From assembly GCF_006345805.1 (NCBI RefSeq), contig NC_043019.1:16181360-16245359 (forward strand): a stretch of 64,000 bases of DNA. Reading direction: 5' to 3'. Each line of letters begins with the position of its first letter. Positions within the stretch are counted from its first letter, which is position 1. Positions 13,762 to 25,420 of this stretch are shown in pieces. This DNA comes from Octopus sinensis. Taxonomy: Eukaryota. The notes beneath the pieces were generated by a model. The model was not told the DNA's origin. It did no database searches and worked only from the letters and a program-made list of their open reading frames with translations. The position numbers and the translations under genes were made by a program.

Positions 13762-14755
13762 AGGCTTCCAATTCACCGCCTACAACTTTGTATATCTTCC
13801 GCTTAATGTTATCAGCTGGTTACCGCATATCTAATATGCGTGTGTGCGTGTGTACGCATTATGTATGCAATTATATACATATGTGTGTGTGTGTGTGTGT
13901 GTACGTATTAAATGCATGTATGATACTGTGTGCGTGTGCGCGCGGTAAGAGATATGCAACGTTTTATAGAGTTAGATAAGCGTGCACGTGCGCGCGAACA
14001 CACACACACACACACACACACACATCAGGCAAAGCACCACCACCGCTACCCCCTTCTCTTCCCACCCCATCCCACCCTTTGCGGATAAATCACGTGAATG
14101 TATCCCTAACCACGAGGAAGTAATTTCGACATTAACCCCCCCTCCTCGACACACAATACTCTTTCCCCTTCTATTATATAGCCGTAACCATGGTTACTGC
14201 TGGACACACACACACATACACACACACACATACACACACGCGCGCATGCACATTTACACGCATATACACACACAGAGGCACGCACGAGACAACGAGGGAG
14301 CCTTTTATGCGGTCTCATGATCAGCTAGAAATAGCAGCCAAATCTCATCAAATCCCATCTTTATAAAGGAAGAGTAGAAGCTGTTGTTGTTCAGTCCTAT
14401 ATGTCAACCCGTGCTCGATAAAAGGTGTTCCAGCCATGACTATCCCATCTCAAACTACGTGAACTCCATGTATCCTTCCTTTTTACAAATACCGATGTGC
14501 ATTCAATGAGATTTGGCTATGATTTCTGTGCAACGACATAAAGGTCTCCGATGTTAGTTCCAGAATCATGTGATCCCGGAGGAAAAAAAAAGCGGGACGG
14601 TCACGGTTGTAATGTCTTTTATGAAAGGACTGTTTGACCAGTGCTGTTGACCTGGGGCTAAACAACAATAAATACACACGCACACACATACACGCTCTTA
14701 GTTACAAACCTACTTTATTTAAGCGAGTATACATTTACTTACACCCTTTGCATGT

Positions 14756-14790
<35 letters not shown>

Positions 14791-15011
14791 ATATATATAT
14801 ACATAAGCCTGCTTACATACAATTATACAAATGCACACACACTCTTTACATTCTGTTGCCGTAATCCGTGCAGTGGTCACGTGCCGCCTGAACCCATCTT
14901 CACAATGGGAATATCTACAGCCCCGTGGTTAACAAGTCAGGTACACATTCATGCAAGGCCAGGTTCGATCCTGTTGCTGGATATATGTACGTGTGTGTGT
15001 GTGTGTGTGTA

Positions 15012-15174
15012 CAGGGCCGGACCTAGGGTTGCTGGCGCCCCGGGCAAGCTGAACTTCGACATGTACAAGCTGACAGTCGTGGAAATTTCCTTGTCTTTGT
15101 CACGCCCTCCTACGCGCCCCTTAGTACATGGCGCCTCGGGTCACTGCCCGAGTTGCCAGCACCTTGAGCCAGCC

Positions 15175-15177
<3 letters not shown>
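15012..15177. mobile_element. Short non-autonomous DNA transposon (hAT-like MITE)
   Basis: Termini CAGGGCCGG and CCAGCCCTG (reverse complement CAGGGCTGG), GC-rich interior with GGCGCC motifs, at a (TG)n/(TA)n junction; no clear 8-bp TSD. Confidence 0.45.
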
Positions 15178-15216
<39 letters not shown>

Positions 15217-15237
15217 GAGGATAATATCGATATATAA

Positions 15238-15449
15238 ACTCTTTTACTCTTTTACTCTTTTACTCTTTTACTTGTTTCAGTCATTTGACTGCGGCCATGC
15301 TGGAGCACCGCCTTTAGTCGAGCAAATCGACCACGGGACTTATTCTTTGTATGCCCAGTACTTATTCTATCGGTCTCTTTTGCCGAACCACTAAGTGACG
15401 GGGACGTAAACACACCAGCATTGGTTGTCAAGCAATGCTAGGGGGACAA

Positions 15450-15525
<76 letters not shown>

Positions 15526-15758
15526 GAGGATAATATCGATATATAAACTCTTTTACTCTTTTACTCTTTTACTCTTTTACTTGTTTCAGTCATTTGACTG
15601 CGGCCATGCTGGAGCACCGCCTTTAGTCGAGCAAATCGACCACGGGACTTATTCTTTGTATGCCCAGTACTTATTCTATCGGTCTCTTTTGCCGAACCAC
15701 TAAGTGACGGGGACGTAAACACACCAGCATTGGTTGTCAAGCAATGCTAGGGGGACAA

Positions 15759-15823
<65 letters not shown>

Positions 15824-15975
15824 TACGACATGCTTCTTTCAGTTTCCGTCTACCAAATCCACTCACAAGGCATTGGTCGGCCCGGGGCTATAGCAGAAGA
15901 CACTTGCCCAAGATGCCACGCAGTGGGACTGAACCCGGAACCATGTGGTTGGTTAGCAAGCTACTTACCACAGCG
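15238..15975 (-). mobile_element. SINE family A with internal 309-bp tandem duplication of the 3' half
   Basis: tRNA-like head (...CCAACCACATGGTTCCGGGTTCAGTCCC) near 15930-15975; the 3' half and its AAAGAGT tail are present twice at offset 309. Confidence 0.85.
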
Positions 15976-16420
15976 TTGTGAGTGTTTATTGAGCGAAAAC
16001 ACCTAAAGCTCCACAAGGCTCCGGCAGGGGTTGGTGGTGAACCCTGCTGTACTCTCTCCCCACAATTTTCTCTCACTCTTTCTTCCTGTTTCTGTTGTAT
16101 CTGTATTTCAAAGGGCCAGCTTTGTCACACTCTGTGTCACGCTGAATCTCCCCGAGAACTACGTTAAGGGTACACGTGTCTGTGGAGTGCTCAGCCACTT
16201 GCACGTTAATAAATGAGCTGCGAAGTCACTGGTGCCAAGCTGTATCGGTCCCTTTGCCTTTCCCTTGGATAACATCGGTGGCGTGGAGAGGGAGGCTGGT
16301 ATGCGTGGGTGGGTGCTGGTCTTCCATAAACAATCTTGCCCAGACTTGTGCTTCGGGGGGTAACTTTCTAGGCGCAATCCCATAGTTATTCATGACCGAA
16401 GGGGTCACAACACAATGTAT
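15976..16420. mobile_element. Interspersed repeat of undetermined class between two SINE A fragments
   Basis: Complex non-microsatellite sequence that abruptly truncates the SINE A head; resembles an octopus repeat from memory only. Confidence 0.4.
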
Positions 16421-16595
16421 GTATGTATATATACTCTTTTACTCTTTTATTTGTTTCAGTCATTTGACTGTGACCATGCTGGAGCATAGCCTTTAGTCGA
16501 GCAGATCGACCCCAGGACTTATTCTATCGGTCTCTTTTGCCGAACCGTTAAATTACGTGGACATAAACACACCAGCATCGGTTGTCAAGCGATTT
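16420..16595 (-). mobile_element. SINE family A, 3' half
   Basis: TACTCTTTTACTCTTTT...CAGTCATTTGACTG...GGTTGTCAAGCGAT. Confidence 0.85.
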
Positions 16596-16606
16596 TAATA
16601 TTAAAA

Positions 16607-16737
16607 CTGCATGAACATCACAAAAAAAAACTATTCAGAGTTTCCCTTTCCCGCTCGTCAGACAGATGTGATCACAACTACCCGACGAATGGGAACGTGA
16701 AACTCTGAGAAGCAGTCTTTTTGTGATGTTCTTGCAG
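16607..16737. mobile_element. Divergently oriented inverted pair of hammerhead-bearing Penelope-type termini (second family)
   Basis: Minus 16665-16631 reads CTGT-CTGACGA-GCGGGAAAGG-GAAAC-TCTGAATAG; plus 16682-16715 reads CCGACGA-ATGGGAACGT-GAAAC-TCTGAGAAGCAG; outer arms CTGCATGAACATCACAAAA and TTTTGTGATGTTCTTGCAG. Confidence 0.55.
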
Positions 16738-16771
16738 CTGTAATATATAAAACACACACACACACACACAT

Positions 16772-16930
16772 ATTGTTGAAATTTAAAGAAAAACAAAAGA
16801 GGAAGACAGGTGTATGAACATCAAGCAAGATTGACACTCAGGAAAATGAAAAAGTCTTTTACGTTTCGAGCCTACGCTCTTCGACAGAAAGGAATGAGAA
16901 AATAAACAGAGAGAAAATGAAAAAAGCTTG
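16772..16930 (-). mobile_element. Penelope-type terminal fragment with hammerhead-like motif (A6U variant)
   Basis: Minus 16891-16856 reads CTTT-CTGTCGA-A-GAGC-GTAG-GCTC-GAAAC-GTA-AAAG, with perfect stems I and II. Confidence 0.7.
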
Positions 16931-17261
16931 TAGATTTCAGCGGTCACTGCAATTGTTTTAACACATCTAGCATCGATCCCTCACGGGTGGGATAATTAAC
17001 ATCTGGTTTAGGAGCATCCGACGGTGCAGGGGTGTCTCTTCGAGTGATAAATAGATAAAACTCATTCCGCAATGTATCTCCTCAGTTCGAATAAATAAAA
17101 GCAGCAAATTAAAAGATATAGCTTCATTTATATGGAAGATCAATAATAAAATAACGGATACAAAAAAGAAACGAACGCGCAATACAGCATATTTATGTGA
17201 CCGCGTATTGACGATTTTTTTTTCCTCCGTCTTCCCTTCTCTGGATCTTTCCTTTTCCTAT

Positions 17262-17296
17262 GTTTCTGACGAAGAGCTCCGCTCGAAACGTAAAAC
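17262..17296 (+). ncRNA. Minimal type I hammerhead ribozyme candidate with canonical core
   Basis: GTTT (stem I) CTGACGA A GAGC-TCC-GCTC (stem II) GAAA C GTA^ AAAC (stem I'); palindromic ACGT in place of stem III; lies in a Penelope-type terminus at 17215-17400 ending at (TA)n. Confidence 0.7.
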
Positions 17297-18351
17297 CCTC
17301 CTTCTTCCCTTCCTTCCTGAGCGTCCAATAATACTATATTTGTTCCACGTCCTCGCGTTGTTGTGTTTTCTCTTTGTGTTTTCATGTTTGGATTAACTAT
17401 ATATATATATATATATATACATAATAAAATTTTGAGGATCCGATAGGTTTAGGTATTTAAATAGTAACAGCACCAAGATAGAGTCGGGGATAGAGCACCA
17501 GTGCACTAACGTGCGTACTGACATATACGTACTTACTAAAGCCAATACGGGTTTGTTTTTCCACTAACTCTACACCTAACACATTCACTAGCACTGACTG
17601 AATACATAACGTGTATTCAAAGTCACACAGAAGTTGCACTTACGGCACTTATTCCACGGTATATAATAGGGTCCTGATCCAAACGGGTTGAAGATTCCGT
17701 GTTAGATGAAAAATAACGAATAATACAGATAGGTTAAGGTTCACTACAGCTGTTTCAAACGTATTCTTTATTGAAGAACAAAAGTGTCACATCATGCAAA
17801 AAATAACCGTTTTCTTCAGGTGAATAAAGAGAAAATTTAACACTTAGAGTCTCTCACAGTCTAGGACATAGTATCTATCATACGCAAAGTGTGTGTGTGT
17901 GTGTGTGTGTGTGTATAGGAAATTATTTAGATTTGGGTACAGGTCTAGTTGTATGCTGAAGAAAGCACTTCCACCATTTCGGCTACTTGATGTCATCCAC
18001 TTGATCTAGGCCAGGAATTCTGCAGTCTTCGTTGAGCTTAAAATGAATTAGGGAAACGGAAAATAGATTGAGTAGGAGTCATTAATAAAGATTCTTGCTA
18101 AATACATTTTCCATTCTACTCATTCATTATATATATATAGTGATTTTTCGGTACAAGTACGTAAAATGGCCAACAAAGTGAATTGAGAGTTATTTATGAC
18201 GATGATAGAGTGGAGGTATTAAATCTACATCTCAAAATTTTTTTTTATATTTTCAGAGAAAATATATTTGTATGTAGAAGTGATATACAGCAATTATCGC
18301 AAACTAAAACCACACGTGCAGTTATTGAATACGTGTGTGTGGTGTGTGGTG

Positions 18352-18409
<58 letters not shown>

Positions 18410-18418
18410 TGGTTGGTG

Positions 18419-18449
<31 letters not shown>

Positions 18450-18466
18450 GTGTGTGTGTGTGTGTG

Positions 18467-18499
<33 letters not shown>

Positions 18500-18825
18500 T
18501 GTGCGTGTGTGCGTGTGTGTGTGTGTGTGTAGTGTGTGTGTGTTATGGAAAGCCTGCAGGCGCATTACCTGATTTCTCGCCAAACTGCGAATGATTTATT
18601 CGTAAAAATTTATTTCTGCTGTTCAAATCCAGAAAATTGAAAGGTAATGATTCCAAGGGGTTGGTGGGCGTGATGGGCGATGGGCGGTGGGGGATTCCAA
18701 GCCATGTCGAACTTATCCAGTGGTCGAATGTCATAAATAGATCATTTTTGTGGGCAAGACGCCATTTGAATTTTGAGGCCCTTCTTACGTACAAATAATC
18801 AATCAACACATACCACACACACACA

Positions 18826-18856
<31 letters not shown>

Positions 18857-18874
18857 TAAAACAGTTTGATTTGG

Positions 18875-19017
18875 TCCCTTACAGAAACGCAGCTGTCCGG
18901 GCTGAGGTAGCCGAATGCAGAGACGCAGGAAGTGTGGAATCTGTGCTGCTACGGGTTTCCGGTGGTCATCTCGGACTTCCTGCGCCTCTGACCGAAAAGC
19001 TGCGTTTCTGTAAAGGA
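18875..19017. other. Two-tier stem-loop (16-bp perfect outer stem, 16-bp inner stem with one mismatch)
   Basis: 18879-18894 pairs with 18998-19013; 18918-18933 pairs with 18975-18990. Confidence 0.8.
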
Positions 19018-19061
19018 ATCCAGGAAAGTTGCAACCTGCAACATCAAAACCGTTTTAAATA

Positions 19062-19270
19062 ATGGTATTCTTTTACTCTTTTACTTCAGTCACTGAACTG
19101 TGGCCATACTGCAGCACCGCCTTTAGTCGAACAAATCGACCCCAGGGCTTATTCTTTGTAAGCTTAGTACTTATTCTATCGTACTCTTTTGCCGAACCGC
19201 TAAGTTACGGGGACGTAAGCACCAACATCCGCTGTCAAGCGATGGTGGGGGAACAAATACAGACACACAA
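19062..19270 (-). mobile_element. SINE family A, 3' half
   Basis: GCAGCACCGCCTTTAGTCGAACAAATCGACCCCAGG...GTCAAGCGATGGTGGGG. Confidence 0.85.
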
Positions 19271-19577
19271 ACACATATATAATTCTTCAAATTTATATAT
19301 ATAGGAAGAAGTATGGTAAGTACAAGATGCAGTCCATATCATTTGTTCCCTACGCACGTTTCGTCATTGTGGCTGTTAGCAACCTCTCTGCACCGGGACT
19401 GCACTGTGCACTTGGATGCAGATCCACAAGAGTTCTTCAGGGAGAACGCGTCTTTACATTATGTTGACGCCACTAGTAGCATACCTTCATCTAATTGTAC
19501 AGGGAATGCTGCACAAATATCTATCTATTATCTATCTATCAAGTGACAAAAGCTTGTGCAACTGCTCACTGACAGCA

Positions 19578-19647
19578 GAGAGTTTAGCTTAATGGTAAGT
19601 ACTCAGTCGGTCTCTGAGAGATGTAGGTTCGAGTCTTGTAGCTGTTT
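19578..19647 (+). pseudogene. tRNA-like cloverleaf (pseudo-tRNA or isolated SINE head), anticodon position GGT
   Basis: A box TAGCTTAATGGT, D stem GCTT/AAGT, anticodon stem CTCAG/CTGAG with 7-nt loop TCGGTCT, T loop TTCGAGT, acceptor stem with one mismatch; lacks U33 and purine 37. Confidence 0.55.
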
Positions 19648-20164
19648 GATGACGACTGCAACGGTAATAATAATGCACATTTTTTCTGCTGTTTTCACGG
19701 CAATCATGCGTTCGAGATATTACTTTCTTGTCTGTTATAATACGATACATACATACATACATACATGCATACAAACATACATACATACATACATACATGC
19801 ATGCCTACATACATACATACATACATACATACAAACATACATACATACATACATGCATGCATGCATGCATGCATGCATACATACATACATACATGCATGC
19901 ATGCGTACATACATACATACATACATACATGCATGCATGCATGCATACATACATACATACATGCATGCATACATACATACATACATACATACACCCATAC
20001 ACACATACATACATGCATACACACATACATGCATACACCCATACATGCATACACCCATACATACATACATACATACATACATACATACATACATACATAC
20101 ATACATACATACATGCATATATACATACATGCATACACACATACATGCATGCACGCATGCATGG

Positions 20165-20645
20165 TGGTTGTCTACTCCTTATGCAGAGTCTGACCACCTC
20201 CTGTACCTTCACCTTAGATCCATCATGGCGTCAGATGTGGCTTTTTTTTTAAACCAATGTATTCAAAAGGCACCCACATAGATTGCATATCCGATTAAGA
20301 CCGCCAAGAGCTACAGTTAAGTTCTGATCTTTATGGATCTTAAAATGTCTTTTGAGCCCTCAGTTAGATTTGCAGACCATCTGGCATACACTGCATTGAA
20401 AGGTGTGCACAGTCATATAGGCAGAATAGTTGGTGGAGGTTCGTTTTTCGTGGGTGCTCAAATGAGATCTAAGGCCAGCAAAAGAAAGACATGGTCTGTC
20501 ACAAACTGGTCATGGTGCGCACAAAAAGGTCATTGTGATTCACCTTTTCGATCGTAAGTCTTCTTTAGATCTCTCTTCAGTCTTGCATGCGTTATCCTGG
20601 CCCCTCCAAACCCTTTCACTCCACTCCACACTTTTGTTCGCCATC
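20165..20645 (-). mobile_element. RTE-clade LINE, decayed 3' end with (TGTA)n tail
   Basis: Minus-strand translation WRTKVWSGVKGFGGARITHARLKRDLKK...CDRPCLSFAGLRSHLSTH matches the RTE C-terminal helix and C2H2-like ending; contains a stop and a frameshift. Confidence 0.7.
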
Positions 20646-22849
20646 CATTTAAATTACATATCTTTTACTTTTATATATATATATATAGATATATATATAT
20701 ATATATATTTAAATCTTGTCTCATTTTAAAATGTTTAAGTAACATACGTATCTACATACATACATAGATACATACATACATACATACATACATGCATTAA
20801 TACATACATGCATACATACATACATACATACATACATACATACATACATACATACATACATACATACATACATACGTGCGTCCATACATATGTATGTATA
20901 CGAACCTTTAGTAACTTGGGTCTTCTGGAAGAGCTGTTCGGTTGTAATGAAAGTGTCATTTCGATTAAACCCGGCAAAAAGTTTCCTGGCATTCGTCGCT
21001 TTTGTAGATGATCCGAAGAATTCATGTCCATTAACGTTGGTGCTCCAGCATGACCGCAGCCGCTTGGCTGAAACTAGTAAAAGAATGAAGTAAAAGGACA
21101 CAGTTGTGAAATCCTCCTTCATACAGTTTTGGAATCTCCCTGCGTACACTTGTGGAAGGAAGAGATTGGTAAGCATTCTAACAAGGCCAGAGATATAATA
21201 GCAGAACGAGCTGAAAATGGCATCAAAGATCGCCGATTTCCCATGGTAAAAGTGTTAATCGACTTGGCGTTGGATTCCAAATTGTGTCTGTATTTCTCTT
21301 TGGCGTCTCTGGAAAGATGCGCCAAAGTGAAGAAGAGGCCAATCAATGAGTCACCTTCAGTTCGATGGGTTCTTCTTGTTTGGATGATTTAGGAAATAGT
21401 GCGAAGATTCCGTTAAAATGTCGAACGATTTTGACAGAGTACAAAAAGAAACTCCGTAAATAAAAGGCCAAGTTACAGGATTTGTTTGAGGGATCCGAAA
21501 GACAGAATAAAAGTAGAAGGTTGTCAAACGACAAACAAAGAAGTGAGTAATAGCAGGAGACGGGCCCTACTGTCACTAAGAAAGAGAGAGGTGGGTAGCG
21601 GAATTGAAACGAGAATGAACTGTAGTAACAGCTGTTAGAGTAGACAGATGGACAAACAAAGAGAGTCGATAGTGAAACGGGTGTAGAACCAAGCATCCGG
21701 ATGTAAAAGACAGTTCGGTGTTTTGGTATCGATTAGAGTTGAAACAATAAAGCGACCTGCTGCTGCTGCTTGTATTGGAATTACAAATGGAAAATTACGA
21801 AGATCAATTAGACAATTAGAAAACTCGCAGAATTAATTAAGGATCTTTACAAAGAATGTTATTGAAAGAATTACCTTATAAGGCTTATATAAGGATATTG
21901 CAATGGATGTTTGCATAATTCATGGCCGACTTAAATAAACAAGCGTTTCCGGAGCAGGACATTGACAAATAAACCAAAAACACATGTATGTTTGCATGAA
22001 TATTTGAATGTATTCATGTATGTACGTACGTATGTATGTATGTGTGTATGTATGTATACATGTATGTATGTATGTATGTATGTATGTATGTATGTATGCA
22101 TGTATGTATGTATGTATGCATGTATGTATGTATGTATGTATGTATGTATGCATGTATGTATGTATGTATGTATGTGTGTATGTATGTATTATATACACTG
22201 CAGTTTCGGGTATAGTTTTCATTTTCTGTTGATTAATTGTCGAAACAATAAGGAAGTGTGGATTGATATACGAGATGGGTGTACCATGTATTGAGTGCGT
22301 CATATTTGATAATGTTGTGAAGCTACGCTGCCGTATGGCGCATTCAAGCTTCCTATAAGACACCAATCCAATACTGGGTTCAATTCTCTCAGTTAAACCC
22401 TTGCCCCACAAAATCTGTAGGCATTGTGCCTGTTAGAAATGCTTTGTAGTATTCCTTCCGACTCTCAATATTACAGGTTCAAATCGCACTAAAACCTACT
22501 TACCTTTTCCCCCATTCGAGGCCCCACAAAATAAAATACCAGTAAAATACTTGGGTCAATGCTACCCACTAAACACGAGTCTCACAATGCTGCTGGCCTT
22601 ATTTGGAAACAGTTGATGTTATGCTTTCTTAAAGTTCGAAGTTCAAATCTTGGGTTCCATGTTTATTTTATTTTATTGTATTTGAAAATTAAAATCCCGA
22701 AGAAGCAGAAACGGTAAAGCATCGGATTAGATGTATTTCAGAACTTAGTCCGTTAACGTTGTGAGTTTGAATGCATCGAGGTGCAAACGATTCAACTGAT
22801 GGACCAATACCAATATAAGTCAGCAATACATACCAGTAATATACTGGGA

Positions 22850-23157
22850 ACAGTCGATTTAACTGACTATACTTCAGTTTTATGAAATTTGCGACTCAGT
22901 ACCCGAACATTGCTGAGCAGCCATGTTCGGACATTAAAAGAATGGAAAACAAATTGGTCAGTGACGATGGTTCTTGAGAAATTGGTTTAACACAACCTTG
23001 TTTCAGGCATTTGACTTCAGCAAAGGATCCAGCTGTGTGCAGTCCTGCGACTCTTCCCGATAAATTGTTTACCTATGGATCAATGGTTCGAACCGTCCCT
23101 CGTCTTATGGAACTGAGGGGCTTTTATCAGATCGTCCAATCATGTCGTATACTGATA

Positions 23158-23160
<3 letters not shown>
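22850..23160 (+). mobile_element. Possible CR1/L2-like reverse transcriptase remnant
   Basis: Frameshifted pieces FDFSK, TLPDKLFTYG and LSDRP resemble the DFSKAFD...LLxKLxxYG...FLSDR stretch of CR1-type RT. Confidence 0.35.
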
Positions 23161-23220
<60 letters not shown>

Positions 23221-23989
23221 CTCTCCCAACCCTGCTGTTACTCAAAGTTCGGTTTTGTTCCTCCCCACTTCTACCCACCCACTCTTTCTTCTAGACGCCG
23301 GCGACTATTTGTAGTTAGTCACCTCCAACAACGACCACCACCCCGAATTATCTGCATGCGAGAGTTAGCCACATGCAACCCTACACACCTCACGCCGCCC
23401 CCTGCACTGACCCCATCGACTGAAGACGTAGAAATCATTCTATAAAGGGAGCATCTCTGTCCTGGTCCCAGCCAACTACATACGGACGGACTGGAGGGAT
23501 TACACTCACTTGACATCCGGAAATTAATATTGTGACCCTCTCTTCAACAACAACAACAACGACGACGACGACGACGACGACGACAGAGACTATACTGAAG
23601 GTGGTGGTGGTGGTGGTGGTGGTCGTCGTCGTTGTTGTTGTTGACGATGGTAGCGGTGGTGACTTATTTGCCATTTGGGCGACGGATGAGGAGGACGATA
23701 CAAAGAGGGACATAAAATGTGAGGGACTTCTGCAGAAACGAAAGACTTACAAAATGAAATATAAGTATATATGGTATACATTAAAAAAGTCGTTGTTGAT
23801 GATGATGGTGGTGGTGGTGGTGGTGGTGGTGGTGGTGGTGGTGATGGTGATGATGATGATGATGATGATGATGGTGGTGGTGATGATGATGATACAATAC
23901 TTTAAGACTAATCGAGGAATCCCCAATCTCCACCAGTCCAAGACTTCCCAGAGCACCAAGTGCCCTCTCCAATTGTCGTTCTCTGGCTT

Positions 23990-24620
23990 AAAACTCTATA
24001 ATTTGTGAGGTGCCATCCACTCTTGCCATTTTCACCACTTTCGCCCATCTTCCAATAAACTCGCTCGAAGACAACACCTCCATCTTCACCCTCGCCTTCC
24101 TCTTCAAGTAAAGTCATTCCTCTTCAAGTAAACTCTACGAAAGAGGAATGTCTCTGGCCTTAGAATCTTCAATTTCGTCCACCACACAACCATTTTTTCT
24201 TCTGTAGCCACCAGATGGACAAAACTGTTTCCTCTGGCGGGTCAGTCATCACTATGGACTCGGCTGATTGCCGAATTCGTCGCCAAATGAGCCCAGCTGA
24301 ATGAAACTGAAAGCCAGCAATGACTGCCTAATGTATAGGTACGTGCTGAACGCTTTCCTCGTTGACTGACCCGTCTGACAGCACTTCCGTATCTGTAGAG
24401 TTCATCTTCAATCGAGTTGCGGCTCTCGGCAGCACACGGTGGCCAAGCCAACAACTTCTGGAAATTATCCGTAGCAATCCTCGATCCGGAAATTCTCCGA
24501 GACAGACAAACGAATTATTTTACGTTGATGCCTTGAGTTCCCCCGTCAAAAGGGGTTACTCTGCCCCAGCAGTTCTGGCGAAGGCCTACAAGAATGAAAT
24601 AGGAAAGTTGGAAGCAAGAA
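23990..24620 (-). mobile_element. Old Tx1/L1-like LINE ORF2 C-terminal fragment
   Basis: Pieces TDNFQKLLAW, DELYRYGS, EESVQHV, QSAESIVMTDPP, VWWTKLK and YLKRKARVKMEVLSSSEFIGRWAKVVKMAR align by eye to the younger copies at 36.8-40.5 kb. Confidence 0.75.
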
Positions 24621-24639
24621 GGCTTACCTTCATCCCGAA

Positions 24640-25420
24640 GTAAAACTTGAAAAAGCCGATGAGGGTTTGCCCCCCGAGGGAAATGTCTGTCTCCATTCCA
24701 TTTTTATCGTGTTCCTTATACAACCAATTGCCGGAGCCTGCAGAAAACGGAATGCCCTTTCAGACCAAGGAGGGGATGTGACAATCTTTACGTGGGATTC
24801 GACCAACACCTAGATCCATCCAACACGTGACAACGGCTACTCATCGCAGGCAGTGGCCTTTTCTGATTGGTAGACTTTTACCATCAAGTGGCATTGCTCA
24901 TCGGCAGCCATTACCAGGTCAAGAATTTTGGCAAATTATCCCTCGTCCCCATATCAGAACTCCTCCATTACACGCCAGTTAATTCATTTGGTTTTTTTTT
25001 TCCTGGTGTCCTGAATATCTCTGAAGAACATCGTCGTACTGTTCCAGCGTTTGGTTTCCCGTGACTGTCTAGCGACATTCCAAATGCCGGGTGCTCGGTC
25101 TTGGTTTGCCTTTCAGCAAGGGAAACATCTCTAACTGGCTCAGCAGGGTTTCAAATCTAAGTTATGGTAGTCTGCTCCGGTTGAGATGTCTAATCTTTTT
25201 GATATTGTCATCAAGCTTTTGAGAAAAAGGTGTCACCAATAGAATAACCCGGAGCCTCTATCTTAATCCAATACTGAGCAAAGTATTATCTGACAAAGGG
25301 CTGTTGAACCCAACCGTCCGTCATGTAATCTCTGTAGATGCCGCAGCAGACCAGTCAGTGACCTGTTGATGTAGATGGACCATTTGGCCAGTCGAATGGG
25401 GTCCTTCTGGAAGAAACGGA
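24640..25420 (-). mobile_element. Second old Tx1/L1-like LINE ORF2 fragment, in tandem with the previous one
   Basis: Pieces LRHLQRL, GTRDNLPKFLTW, SRVG, KIVTSPP and GQTLIGFFKFYFGMKV parallel LRHLWL, GPMDNFQRSLAW, SRVG, NIVTPP and [16 protein letters not shown]. Confidence 0.6.

Noticed and set aside
19556-20281. 241-aa HTYI/MYVC-repeat ORF, and the many similar ORFs across the window
   Set aside because: Translations of (TACA)n, (CA)n and (TA)n microsatellites.
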